DNA from: Acidobacteriota bacterium
GTDB taxonomy: Bacteria > Acidobacteriota > UBA890 > WLXD01
DNA: 64,000 bases
Reading direction: 5' to 3'
Assembly: GCA_963666215.2 (NCBI GenBank)
Contig: CAXWPL010000005.1
Location: forward strand, 192,001-256,000
Part shown: piece after piece, positions 51,762 through 61,152 of the stretch
Layout: each line of letters opens with the position of its first letter
Position numbering within the stretch: position 1 is the stretch's first letter
Position numbers and translations under genes: made by a program
Notes under the pieces: model-generated
What the model was told of the DNA's origin: nothing
Database searches by the model: none
Seen by the model: only the letters and a program-made list of their open reading frames with translations

Positions 51762-53237
51762 TTGATCCGTCGACAGCGCACCATCCAGGGCATCACCCTC
51801 CTCGCGCTCGACGCGCTGGCGATCGTCGCGGCGTTTCTGCTGGCGTATTGGCTGCGCTTTGGGCTGCAGATCGTGGCCGTCAAGGACCTTCCGGGAATGG
51901 TCCCCGGCATCGAGCTCTACCGGCCTGTTCTCTGGTGCGCCCTGGTGATCGTGCCGTTGGTGCTGGCCTCGATGGGCCTGTATCGCGTGCGCCGCACGAA
52001 CGCGCGCGGCGAGGCTTACATCGCCGTCGCTGGAGGCATCAGCCTCGGAATTATCGCGGTGGCCGGGCTGGTTTCGCTGCTGTATCGGCCGGAGACGCTG
52101 CGGGCGCTGGTGAGTGGCGAGAACGTCGTCACGATCGCGGTGCCTCCCTTCTCGGTATCGCGCTACTTCCTGCTGTTCTTCTACGTCAATACTCTCTTGG
52201 CCGTGGTCGGCGCCCGGGTAGCGTTACAGGCGTTCTACGACCATCTCAGGCACACCGGGCGCAACCTCAAGCGCGTGCTCATTGCAGGCACCGGACCGCT
52301 GGCGCGTGTAGTTATCGACAAGATGAGGTTGCATGAAGAGTTCGGGTTCCGTATCGCCGGGATGCTGGCCCGCCCCGCCGACGGCGATGAGGCAGAACCG
52401 TACCGCGGGGTGCCGATCGTTGGCCAGCTCGCCGACGCTCTCGACGTTGTGCGCGGCCAGCAAATCGACCAGCTCTACCTGGCACTGCCGTTGTCAGCAC
52501 ACGAGGAGATCCTCGACCTGCTGCGCGCCGTGAGCCACGAGATCGTCGACGTCAAGGTCGTGCCAGACCTGCTGCAGTACATAGCGCTGCGCGCCGGCGT
52601 CGAAGACCTCGACGGCGTCCCGATTGTGAACCTTTCGCGCGTGCCGCTCGATGGCTTCTCCGCTGTGCTCAAGCGCGGTTTCGACCTTATCGTGGCCGCC
52701 GCCTGCTTGGTTCTGTTCGCACCGCTGTTTCCGATTGTGGCGTTGGCGGTAAAGCTCACGTCGGAGGGGCCGATTTTCTATCGCCAGCTACGCATGGGCC
52801 TCGACGGCCGGCCCTTCGAGCTCATGAAATTCCGTTCAATGGTTGTCGACGCCGAGTCGACAACCGGTCCGGTGTGGGCCGATGAGGAAGACAGCCGCTG
52901 CACGCCGGTGGGAGCGCTGCTACGCAAGCTCAGCCTCGACGAGCTCCCGCAGTTCTGGAATATCCTGCGCGGCGACATGAGCCTCGTGGGTCCGCGCCCC
53001 GAGCGCCCATACTTTGTCGACGAGTTCCGCCACCGGATTCCGCACTACATGCTCCGGCACAGGGTGCGCGCCGGCCTGACCGGGTGGGCCCAGGTGCACG
53101 GCTGGCGAGGTAACACCTCGCTCGAGAAGCGCATAGAATACGACCTCTATTACATCGAGAATTGGTCGCTGGCGCTCGATTTCAAGATCCTGTGGATGAC
53201 CGTCTCGAACGGAATGGTGCACGAGCACGCCTACTAG
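51762..53237 (+). CDS. Undecaprenyl-phosphate hexose-1-phosphate transferase (WcaJ/WbaP family priming enzyme)
   Basis: N-terminal TMs, [49 protein letters not shown]. Confidence 0.95.
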   Translation: MIRRQRTIQGITLLALDALAIVAAFLLAYWLRFGLQIVAVKDLPGMVPGIELYRPVLWCALVIVPLVLASMGLYRVRRTNARGEAYIAVAGGISLGIIAVAGLVSLLYRPETLRALVSGENVVTIAVPPFSVSRYFLLFFYVNTLLAVVGARVALQAFYDHLRHTGRNLKRVLIAGTGPLARVVIDKMRLHEEFGFRIAGMLARPADGDEAEPYRGVPIVGQLADALDVVRGQQIDQLYLALPLSAHEEILDLLRAVSHEIVDVKVVPDLLQYIALRAGVEDLDGVPIVNLSRVPLDGFSAVLKRGFDLIVAAACLVLFAPLFPIVALAVKLTSEGPIFYRQLRMGLDGRPFELMKFRSMVVDAESTTGPVWADEEDSRCTPVGALLRKLSLDELPQFWNILRGDMSLVGPRPERPYFVDEFRHRIPHYMLRHRVRAGLTGWAQVHGWRGNTSLEKRIEYDLYYIENWSLALDFKILWMTVSNGMVHEHAY

Positions 53238-53265
53238 CAGCCCTTCGCACCCTGATGGGAGCGGC

Positions 53266-54261
53266 TTGAGCGAACCCACCGAGGTCCCCGGAGCGGCCAA
53301 CACGAGCGACGCTCCCGGCACCGTGCTCATCACCGGCGGCGCTGGCTTCCTGGGCTCGCACCTGGCCGGCTCGCTGCTCGACCAGGGCCATCGCGTCGTG
53401 GTCATGGACAACCTGCTCACTGGCGCACCGAGCAACCTGGCGCTGTTCGCCAACCGCGACCTGCTGTTCATTGAGCACGACGTCATCAACTACATGGTGG
53501 TCGACGAACCGCTCGACTACGTGCTGCACTTCGCCTCACCCGCCTCGCCGACCGACTACCTGCGGCATCCCATCGAGACGCTCAAGGTCGGCGCCATGGG
53601 CACCCACAAGGCGCTCGGCGTTGCGCGAGCCAACGACGCCGTTTTCATGCTCGCTTCCACGTCGGAGGTGTACGGCGACCCGCAGGTCAACCCGCAGCCA
53701 GAAAGCTACTGGGGGCATGTCAACCCGATCGGCCCACGCGGCGTGTACGACGAGGCCAAGCGTTTCGCCGAGGCCATGACCATGGCCTACCACCGCACGC
53801 ACGGGCTGCAGACGCGCATCGCTCGCATCTTCAACACCTATGGACCCCGCATGCGACTCGATGACGGCCGCGCGGTGCCCAACTTCGCACTACAGGCTCT
53901 CACCGGGGCGCCGATTACGGTCTATGGCGACGGCTCACAAACTCGCTCGTTCTGCTTCATCGAGGACACCGTGCGGGGCCTGCTCGCACTCATGCGCTCG
54001 AGTGAAGTCGAGCCGGTAAATATCGGAAACGCCAACGAGATCACGATCCTGGAGGCGGCGGAGCTGGTCGTCGAGGTTGCCGAAAGCCAGAGCGAGATCA
54101 TCTTCGAGGGGCTGCCCGTCGATGACCCCAAGGTCCGACGGCCCGACAGCAGCCGCGCCCGCGAAATCCTGGACTGGGAGCCTGAGATCGACTTCCGGAC
54201 TGGCCTCGAACGCACGATCCCTTGGTTCCGCGAAGAGCTCGATAGCCGCAACGCCGGCTAG
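53266..54261 (+). CDS. UDP-glucuronate decarboxylase (Uxs)-family SDR
   Basis: [66 protein letters not shown]. Confidence 0.9.
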   Translation: MSEPTEVPGAANTSDAPGTVLITGGAGFLGSHLAGSLLDQGHRVVVMDNLLTGAPSNLALFANRDLLFIEHDVINYMVVDEPLDYVLHFASPASPTDYLRHPIETLKVGAMGTHKALGVARANDAVFMLASTSEVYGDPQVNPQPESYWGHVNPIGPRGVYDEAKRFAEAMTMAYHRTHGLQTRIARIFNTYGPRMRLDDGRAVPNFALQALTGAPITVYGDGSQTRSFCFIEDTVRGLLALMRSSEVEPVNIGNANEITILEAAELVVEVAESQSEIIFEGLPVDDPKVRRPDSSRAREILDWEPEIDFRTGLERTIPWFREELDSRNAG

Positions 54262-54275
54262 CGTACGAACCCCGG

Positions 54276-54351
54276 GCTACCGGCGCCTCGCGCCAGCCGG
54301 CGCTGTGATCGGCGCTACCGGCGGCTCGCGCCAGGCGGCGCTGTGATCGGC
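54276..54351. repeat. 38-bp direct repeat x2 (36/38 identical) between convergent genes
   Basis: GCTACCGGCGCCTCGCGCCAGCCGGCGCTGTGATCGGC (54276-54313) and GCTACCGGCGGCTCGCGCCAGGCGGCGCTGTGATCGGC (54314-54351). Confidence 0.9.
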
Positions 54352-55460
54352 TAGCTCGGCGACAGCGAACGGCGCAGCGTCGGCTCGTCAACCTCGACCG
54401 CGTAGGCGCCGTCGGCCGCATACATGACGCCGATCTCGGCCGGCAGCGCACAGCGCACGGCGGTCGCGAGATTCTTCTTGTCGTGGGCACAAGCGGCCAC
54501 CACGGCTTCAGCATCGATGCTGTCAGGCAGCTGCACAGGAAGTCCCGCCCGCTCGCAGAGATCGGCGATCCGGCCTGAGAGTGCCGCCGGCGAGCCCGCG
54601 CAGGCCTCCGCGATCCGCGCCTCCGCCACCATACCCACGGCGATCGCCTCGCCATGACGTAACGAGTAGTGGCTAGCGACCTCGATGGCGTGGCCGACCG
54701 TGTGCCCGAAGTTGAGAATGCGCCGACGCCCGACCTCACGCTCGTCGTCGGCAACGACGTCAGCCTTGAGCTCGACGCAGCGGCCGACGATGCGTGCCAG
54801 GGCCTGCGGCACCAGGGCCATACACGACTCCAGAAGGCCGTCCTCGAGCTCGATGAAAAGGTCGGCGTCGAGAATCACGCCATACTTGATCACTTCCGCG
54901 AGTCCGCTACTGAGCTCCGCCTGCGGCAACGTGGTCAACGTGGCGACGTCTGCGTAGACTGCCCTCGGGTGATGGAACGCGCCAATCAAGTTCTTGCCGG
55001 CGACGGTATCGACGCCGGTCTTGCCGCCGACGCTGCTGTCGACCATTGCCAGGAGCGTGGTCGGCAGCTGAACGTAGGGAAGGCCGCGAAAAAGCGTCGC
55101 GGCAACGAAGCCGGCAATGTCTCCTGTTACGCCACCACCGAGGGCTGCAATCCATCCATCGCGGCGCAGACCGGCGTTGATGAGTTGATCCTGCGCCGCC
55201 GCGACGGCCGCGCGTCGCTTGGTGGCCTCTCCCGCGGGGATGTGCACTGTTGCCGCGAGGCAGTCGGAGCGTTGCAGAGCGCCAGCCAGAGGTTCGCCGT
55301 AGTGCGCGCCCACGTTCGCATCGACAAGCACACCCCACGGAGCGCCGCCCGAGAGCGTCACCAACTCCTCCCCCACGCTCTGCAGCAGGCCCTCGCCTAT
55401 GTTCACGTCGTATCCGACGCCACTCGAGGCCGGTAGGTCAACCCTCAGCGTGCGCATCAT
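54351..55460 (-). CDS. aroB: 3-dehydroquinate synthase
   Basis: GEATK, LGGGVTGD, PTTLLAMVDSSVGGKTG, KNLIGAF, LNFGHTVGHAIE, HGEAIA, DKK. Confidence 0.97.
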   Translation of the reverse strand: MMRTLRVDLPASSGVGYDVNIGEGLLQSVGEELVTLSGGAPWGVLVDANVGAHYGEPLAGALQRSDCLAATVHIPAGEATKRRAAVAAAQDQLINAGLRRDGWIAALGGGVTGDIAGFVAATLFRGLPYVQLPTTLLAMVDSSVGGKTGVDTVAGKNLIGAFHHPRAVYADVATLTTLPQAELSSGLAEVIKYGVILDADLFIELEDGLLESCMALVPQALARIVGRCVELKADVVADDEREVGRRRILNFGHTVGHAIEVASHYSLRHGEAIAVGMVAEARIAEACAGSPAALSGRIADLCERAGLPVQLPDSIDAEAVVAACAHDKKNLATAVRCALPAEIGVMYAADGAYAVEVDEPTLRRSLSPS

Positions 55461-56221
55461 GCCTGCCCCTCGGGTCCGCCATCCGTTGCGCCAAAACCGT
55501 CGCGTTGTGCGGGTGCCGACGGAGTCACCGTAGGAACGCCGGCCTCGCGCAATGTCGCCAGCGCAAGCACCTCGGTGGCATCGACAGTCGAAACGCTAGC
55601 GCGCGCCTGGTCGAACGCCAGTGGCAACTCGGTGCAGCCTAGAAGCAACGCCTGCGCGCCCCTGCCGACGAGGTTCTCGCCCACACGATGCAACAATTCA
55701 CTGGTGCGCCGATCACCTCCCTTGACGGCCTCGACCACCGCGCTCAACACCGTTACTTCGCTGGCGTTGGGTGTGACCGCCTTCAAGCCCACCGCCAGGA
55801 GCTGCTCGCTGTAGAGGCCGAGCTGCAGGGTTCCATGAGCGGCGAGAACACCCACCGTGCCAGCCCCGGCGAGTAGTCCACGGGCCTTCTCCGCGGCAAG
55901 CTCGATCATGTGCATCACGGGTATTCCAACCGCGCGCTGGATGTGACTGTGGTAGGCGTGGGCCGTATTGCACGGAATGGCCAGGACGCCGGCGCCAAAC
56001 GACTCGAGCCTCTGTGCCGCCGTCACCAGCGCCGAGGTCGGATCCTCGCCGGCCTCGAGGAGGTGGCTCGTCCGATCGGGCACATGGCAGGCGTTGTAGA
56101 CGACGCAATCGGGGTGATCTTGATCGCAACGAGCGTCGGTGCGATGCACGAGCCGCGCAAAAAAGTCGGTCGTGGCAGCCGGCCCCATGCCGCCGAGGAC
56201 GCCGATCGTCTTGTGATGCAT
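55457..56221 (-). CDS. Aspartate/glutamate racemase family (RacX/YgeA-like)
   Basis: IGVLGGMGPAAT, IPCNTAH, LGCTELP (two catalytic Cys). Confidence 0.9.
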   Translation of the reverse strand: MHHKTIGVLGGMGPAATTDFFARLVHRTDARCDQDHPDCVVYNACHVPDRTSHLLEAGEDPTSALVTAAQRLESFGAGVLAIPCNTAHAYHSHIQRAVGIPVMHMIELAAEKARGLLAGAGTVGVLAAHGTLQLGLYSEQLLAVGLKAVTPNASEVTVLSAVVEAVKGGDRRTSELLHRVGENLVGRGAQALLLGCTELPLAFDQARASVSTVDATEVLALATLREAGVPTVTPSAPAQRDGFGATDGGPEGQA

Positions 56222-56229
56222 ATCGGCCG

Positions 56230-57795
56230 CTAGCTGTTGTCGCTGTTGTTTGACGAGGCGGAAGAGGCCCCCAGATCGGGCACCCAACGCAGCACCGGAT
56301 AGCGCGCGGCCGCCACCTCGTCCAAGCGCCGATGAAAGGTGGAATGCGGCGCCTGGCGAACCAGCTCCGGGTCTTCCCGCGACTCAACTGCGATCGCCAC
56401 CATCGCGTCGGCGAACTCGTCGAGCTCTTGTAGGCTGACGGTCTCGGTAGGCTCGATCATCAGGGCACCAGGAACAACCAGCGGGAAGTACACCGTCGGC
56501 GGATGGAAGCCGTAGTCCATCAAACGCTTGCAGATATCGAGCGCCGTCACGCCGTGCTGTTTTTGTCGCCGATCGGAAAAGACAACCTCGTGCATGCAGG
56601 GACGATCGTAGGCGAGCTCGTAGTGGTCGGCGAGCCGCGCCTTGAGGTAGTTGGCCGCCAGCACCGCGTCCTCCGAAACCTGCCGGAGACCGTGCGGGCC
56701 GTGGGCGCGGATGTAGGTGTAGGCACGCACCATCATCGCGAAGTTGCCGTAGAAAGTATGCACCTGGCCGATGCTCAGGGGTCGATCGCTCTGCAGATCG
56801 AGTCGTCCATCATCGCGCTCAACAACCACGGGACGAGGCCGAAAGGCTTCCAGATGCTCGGCAACCGCAACCGGTCCACAGCCCGGGCCACCGCCGCCAT
56901 GCGGGGTGGTGAAGGTTTTGTGCAGATTGATATGAAAAACGTCCACGCCGAAGTCACCCGGTCGAGCCTTACCCAGGATAGCGTTCAGGTTGGCGCCGTC
57001 ACAATAAATCTGCCCGCCGCTGCGATGGACGATCTCGGCAATCCGATCGATCTGTTCCTCGAAGAGACCCAACGTGTTCGGGTTCGTCAGCATCAGAGCC
57101 GCTACGTTGTCGTCCATCGCCGCCTCGAGCGAGTCGAGGTCAACGGTGCCGCGCTCGTTGCTGGCGATTTCGACCGGCTCGAGACCACAGGCGGCGGCTG
57201 TAGCCGGGTTCGTCCCATGCGCCGAATCGGGAATCAACACCTTCCGACGAGCCTCGCCGCGTGACGCGTGATAAGCCGCGATCATCATCACGCCCGTGAG
57301 CTCTCCCTGAGCGCCAGCCGCGGGCTGCAGCGAGATGAAGGGCAGTCCGGTGATCGCCGAAAGCGCTCTCTCCAAGCGTTGCATGACCCACAGCACACCC
57401 TGCATCGTCTCGAGCGGCGCGTACGGATGCGCGCTGGCAAAACCGCGTAACCGCGCCACGCGCTCGTGCACCTTGGGGTTGTACTTCATCGTGCAGGAGC
57501 CCAGCGGGTGGACCCCGGTCTCGATGCCGAAGTTGTGCTGAGAGATCCGCGTAAAGTGGCGCACGACGTCGACCTCCGACACCTCGGGGAACCCGTCGAG
57601 GGTGTCGCGCACCTGTTCCGCCCCCCACACGTCGGCCGCATCGACCGCTGGCACGTCGAGCGCCGGTAGCGAGAAGCCCACACGGCCAGCGCCGCCACGC
57701 TCGAAGATCAGCGGCTCCTGCTTGAGCTGGCCCTGCTGCGATCGATTGGAGAGTGCCCCGGAATGCCCGGTGCCCTCGGGTCCACCCACACTCAT
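56230..57795 (-). CDS. gcvPB: Glycine dehydrogenase (decarboxylating) subunit 2
   Basis: PLGSCTMKYNPK, QPAAGAQGE, SAHGTNPA, NLHKTFTTPHGGGGPG, MIEPTE; ATGA overlap. Confidence 0.97.
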   Translation of the reverse strand: MSVGGPEGTGHSGALSNRSQQGQLKQEPLIFERGGAGRVGFSLPALDVPAVDAADVWGAEQVRDTLDGFPEVSEVDVVRHFTRISQHNFGIETGVHPLGSCTMKYNPKVHERVARLRGFASAHPYAPLETMQGVLWVMQRLERALSAITGLPFISLQPAAGAQGELTGVMMIAAYHASRGEARRKVLIPDSAHGTNPATAAACGLEPVEIASNERGTVDLDSLEAAMDDNVAALMLTNPNTLGLFEEQIDRIAEIVHRSGGQIYCDGANLNAILGKARPGDFGVDVFHINLHKTFTTPHGGGGPGCGPVAVAEHLEAFRPRPVVVERDDGRLDLQSDRPLSIGQVHTFYGNFAMMVRAYTYIRAHGPHGLRQVSEDAVLAANYLKARLADHYELAYDRPCMHEVVFSDRRQKQHGVTALDICKRLMDYGFHPPTVYFPLVVPGALMIEPTETVSLQELDEFADAMVAIAVESREDPELVRQAPHSTFHRRLDEVAAARYPVLRWVPDLGASSASSNNSDNS

Positions 57796-59300
57796 CGTGT
57801 TGCCTCGGTTAGAGCCTCTGCTAGCCGCAGGATGTCGCTGCTCCGATGGAGTTCCGTGACGCATACCAGGAGCTGCCGATCGCGATTCGCCCGCCCAGCC
57901 CAAACCCCTCCGCCACTCTCTGAGCCGTTGCTTCGGAATCGACCGAGCGGCACGCCGGGGATCACACCCTCGGCCGCGCATCGGCGAATCACCTCCGCCA
58001 TACCGGCTGGCACGGAGTCTGTCGAAAGGCCCTCGTCCGCTGCGGCGGCGCCGGCCTGCTGTGCCGGAACATCGAGCTCGATGACGAACTCATTGAAGTG
58101 CCCGGCGCCGTACACACTGCGGAAGCCGCTCTCCTCGAGCTTGCCGCGGGCGAAAGTAGCCTTGGCCAGATTGATGGACGCGAGCTCGCGAAGCCCCTCG
58201 CGACCGAAGCTGCACATCGCGATGCAGCTGGCGAGGGCGCAAAGGGCCTCGTTGGTGCAGATGTTCGACGTGGCGCGGGCGCGACGGATGTGCTGCTCGC
58301 GAGTGGCGAGCGTGAGAACGAAGCCCGGCTTGCCGTCCGCGTCGACCGTGCGGCCTACGAGCCGGCCCGGCAGGTTGCGCTTATCGCGATCGCGGCATGC
58401 CATGAAGCCGACCAGCGGGCCCCCGAAATTGGTCGAGTTGCCGAAGCTCTGCAGCTCGCCGACCACGATGTCGGCGCCAGATCTTCCTGGAGGTCGTGCG
58501 AGCGCAAACGCTAGCGGCTCTGCGCTGGCGACCACGAACTTGGCCTTCGATTCGGCAACCCGAGATCCCAAGCCGGTCAGATCTTCCATCACCCCGAAGA
58601 AATTGGGCTGCTGGACGATCACCGCGAGGACGTCGTCGTCGATCTCCGCGGTTTGCGTGCGCCCGTCCTCGCCCACCGGTACGAGCTCGAAGTCGACGTC
58701 GAGATGGGTGGCGTAGGTCTCGGCAACGGCGCGGTACCCCGGGTGTAGCCCCTCCGACCACAGCACCCTGCCGCCGCGACGCTGCAACCGGCGAGCCATG
58801 AGGACGGCTTCCGCCACCGAGCTGCCACCGTCGTACATCGAGGCGTTGCAGACCTCCATCTCGGTGAGGGCGCACACCAGGCTCTGAAACTCGAAGATCG
58901 ACTGCAGGGTCCCCTGACCCACCTCCGCCTGATAGGGCGTGTAGGCGGTCATGAATTCCTGGCGCTGGATCAAGGCATCAACATGCGTCGGCACGTAGTG
59001 CGGATAGCAGCCCGCGCCCTGGAAGCTGAGCAACCCCCGATGACCGGCGGTCGCCACGGACATCGCTTCGAGGTCTCGCAGCAGGTCGACCTCGGCGAGC
59101 GCGTCCTCGAGCGGCAGTTCGTCGGCAAACCGAACCGAAGCCGGTATCGACGCGAACAGCTCGTCGATCGTGCTCGCTCCCACCACCTCGAGCATGGCCT
59201 GGCGATCAGCCGGCCCCAGTGAGAGGTAGCGCCCGCCACCGTGAATGTCGTTGCCGCCCGAGCCCGTTCCAGTGCCCGGCATCGTTCCCGCTTTCGCCAC
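57792..59300 (-). CDS. gcvPA: Glycine dehydrogenase (decarboxylating) subunit 1
   Basis: GAGCYPHYVP, TAYTPYQAE.GQG.LQ.IFEFQ, NASMYDG, TREQHIRRARATSNICTN. Confidence 0.97.
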   Translation of the reverse strand: MAKAGTMPGTGTGSGGNDIHGGGRYLSLGPADRQAMLEVVGASTIDELFASIPASVRFADELPLEDALAEVDLLRDLEAMSVATAGHRGLLSFQGAGCYPHYVPTHVDALIQRQEFMTAYTPYQAEVGQGTLQSIFEFQSLVCALTEMEVCNASMYDGGSSVAEAVLMARRLQRRGGRVLWSEGLHPGYRAVAETYATHLDVDFELVPVGEDGRTQTAEIDDDVLAVIVQQPNFFGVMEDLTGLGSRVAESKAKFVVASAEPLAFALARPPGRSGADIVVGELQSFGNSTNFGGPLVGFMACRDRDKRNLPGRLVGRTVDADGKPGFVLTLATREQHIRRARATSNICTNEALCALASCIAMCSFGREGLRELASINLAKATFARGKLEESGFRSVYGAGHFNEFVIELDVPAQQAGAAAADEGLSTDSVPAGMAEVIRRCAAEGVIPGVPLGRFRSNGSESGGGVWAGRANRDRQLLVCVTELHRSSDILRLAEALTEATR

Positions 59301-59306
59301 CGTGGC

Positions 59307-59690
59307 CTACTCCTTGACGAACTCGAGGTAGCTTTCGGCGCTCATCAGATCTTCGAGCTCGGCCGCGTCGCGCATTCGAATACGAATCATCCAGCCGGCG
59401 CCGTGCGGATCGGTGTTGGCGACCTCCGGCTCTTCAATCAGCTGATCGTGCACTTCTGTGACCTCGCCCGACAGCGGCGCATAAAGGTCCGACACAGCCT
59501 TCACCGACTCGATGGTGCCGAATGGCGCGCCCTTTTCGACGGTTGTGCCCGGCTCGGGCAGCTCGACGAAAACCACATCGCCCAGCTCTTGCTGTGCGTG
59601 ATCCGTAACACCCACGGTCGCGATGTCGCCCTCAACAGCAACCCACTCGTGCTCGCGCGTGTAAGCGTAGTTGTCGGGGTAGTCCGCCAT
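59307..59690 (-). CDS. gcvH: Glycine cleavage system H protein
   Basis: EHEW, GVTDHAQQELGDVVFVELP, IESVKAVSD (lipoyl-Lys), DPHGAGW. Confidence 0.98.
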   Translation of the reverse strand: MADYPDNYAYTREHEWVAVEGDIATVGVTDHAQQELGDVVFVELPEPGTTVEKGAPFGTIESVKAVSDLYAPLSGEVTEVHDQLIEEPEVANTDPHGAGWMIRIRMRDAAELEDLMSAESYLEFVKE

Positions 59691-59833
59691 CGATCACCTC
59701 GTTTCCTCTGATGCGCCGACCATGAGATCGGCGGAGATCTGTGTGCTGCGATCGTGATGCCGTTGCGGCGTTCCCGCGAGCGCGGATCGGTTCGGCAACA
59801 GGCTCGGAGCCGCGGCAGCGTAGTCGCGAATAG

Positions 59834-60961
59834 TTAGCGTTGTCGCTTGTAGAAGGGCGGTTTGACGAAACGAATCGGAACCTGACGTCCGCGTACCTCG
59901 ACGCTGGCGCAGGCACCGACCTCGGCTGCCGAGCTGGCGACATATGCGAGCCCGATTCCTTGCTTGAGAGTAGGACTGAATGTGCCGCCGGTCACCTCGC
60001 CGATCGGCTTCCGTACGTCGTCGCCGGTGTCAGGGACCGCTGCGCCGGCCGCGTGGATAGGGTAGCCATGCCGCGGCACGCCGCGGCCCTCCACCACGAG
60101 CCCGATGAGGCGCTCTGCGGTTCCTCCTTCGGCCTGGCGACGCAACGCCTCTCGGCCGATGAACTCTCCCTTGTCGAGCTTGACCACCCAGCTGAGGCCG
60201 GCCTCGAGCGGTGTGCGTTCCTCGTTCATGTCGGTGCCGTACAGCAGCATGCCGGCTTCGAGCCGCAGCGTGTCGCGTGCTCCGAGTCCGATGGGTTGCA
60301 CACCGTGCGGCTGCCCAGACTCGAGCAGCGCGTCGGCGAAACCCGAGGCTTGCTCGGGCGCTAGGTAAATTTCGAAACCATCCTCGCCGGTGTATCCGGT
60401 ACGCGACACGATTGCCTGGCGACCACCGATCTCGGTAACCCCGAACCGGTAGTAGGCGATGCCGTCGAGGTCGACATCAACCAGGGGAGCCAGCGACGCC
60501 TGTGCCTTCGGGCCTTGAATCGCCAGCTGCGCCCAGCGCGTACTCTCGTCTTCAATCTGGACGTCGCCTTCGGAGTGCTCGCGAATCCAGGCGACGTCCT
60601 TTGCCGTGGTGCCGGCGTTGACCACGAGCAGATACTCCTCGGGACCGAGGCAGTACACCAGCAGGTCGTCGATCATGCCGCCCTCGGGGGTCGTCATCGC
60701 GGTGTACTGGGCGCGACCCGGACCGATGAGGCTGGCGTCGTTGACGGTCAATCGCTGAAGTGTGGGCAACGCGTCGACACCGCGCAGGCGGACCTCGCCC
60801 ATGTGGCTCACGTCGAACAGCCCCGCCCGCTCACGTACAGCGGCGTGCTCCTCGAGAATGCCGGCAAACTGGATCGGCATCTCCCAGCCGGCAAAGTCGA
60901 CCATACGGGCGCCGTGGCGCACGTGCCAATCATGAAGTGGCGTGCGCGACGGCTCGGACAC
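59834..60961 (-). CDS. gcvT: Glycine cleavage aminomethyltransferase T
   Basis: RTPL, FAGWEMP, LFDVSHMG, SRTGYTGEDGFE, GLGARDTLRLEAG, FSPTL. Confidence 0.97.
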   Translation of the reverse strand: MSEPSRTPLHDWHVRHGARMVDFAGWEMPIQFAGILEEHAAVRERAGLFDVSHMGEVRLRGVDALPTLQRLTVNDASLIGPGRAQYTAMTTPEGGMIDDLLVYCLGPEEYLLVVNAGTTAKDVAWIREHSEGDVQIEDESTRWAQLAIQGPKAQASLAPLVDVDLDGIAYYRFGVTEIGGRQAIVSRTGYTGEDGFEIYLAPEQASGFADALLESGQPHGVQPIGLGARDTLRLEAGMLLYGTDMNEERTPLEAGLSWVVKLDKGEFIGREALRRQAEGGTAERLIGLVVEGRGVPRHGYPIHAAGAAVPDTGDDVRKPIGEVTGGTFSPTLKQGIGLAYVASSAAEVGACASVEVRGRQVPIRFVKPPFYKRQR

Positions 60962-61152
60962 GGAGTCGCTCCAGATCCGCAGATCGAGGGCCACAGCGTA
61001 CGCCGAAGCCCGGCCAGACAAACAAGCTAGAGCCGCCCGGGAGGCGGACGCGTCACGCTACCATAGGCCTCGGCACCTGGCGAGCAGCGTCGGCAGCCCC
61101 ATCGCGGCCGGCGCCACGGCTTGGGCGCCGGCGCCGATCAGGCTCGAGGCGC

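Noticed and set aside
60962-61152. Glycine riboswitch upstream of gcvT
   Set aside because: The conserved aptamer motifs were not found on the minus strand
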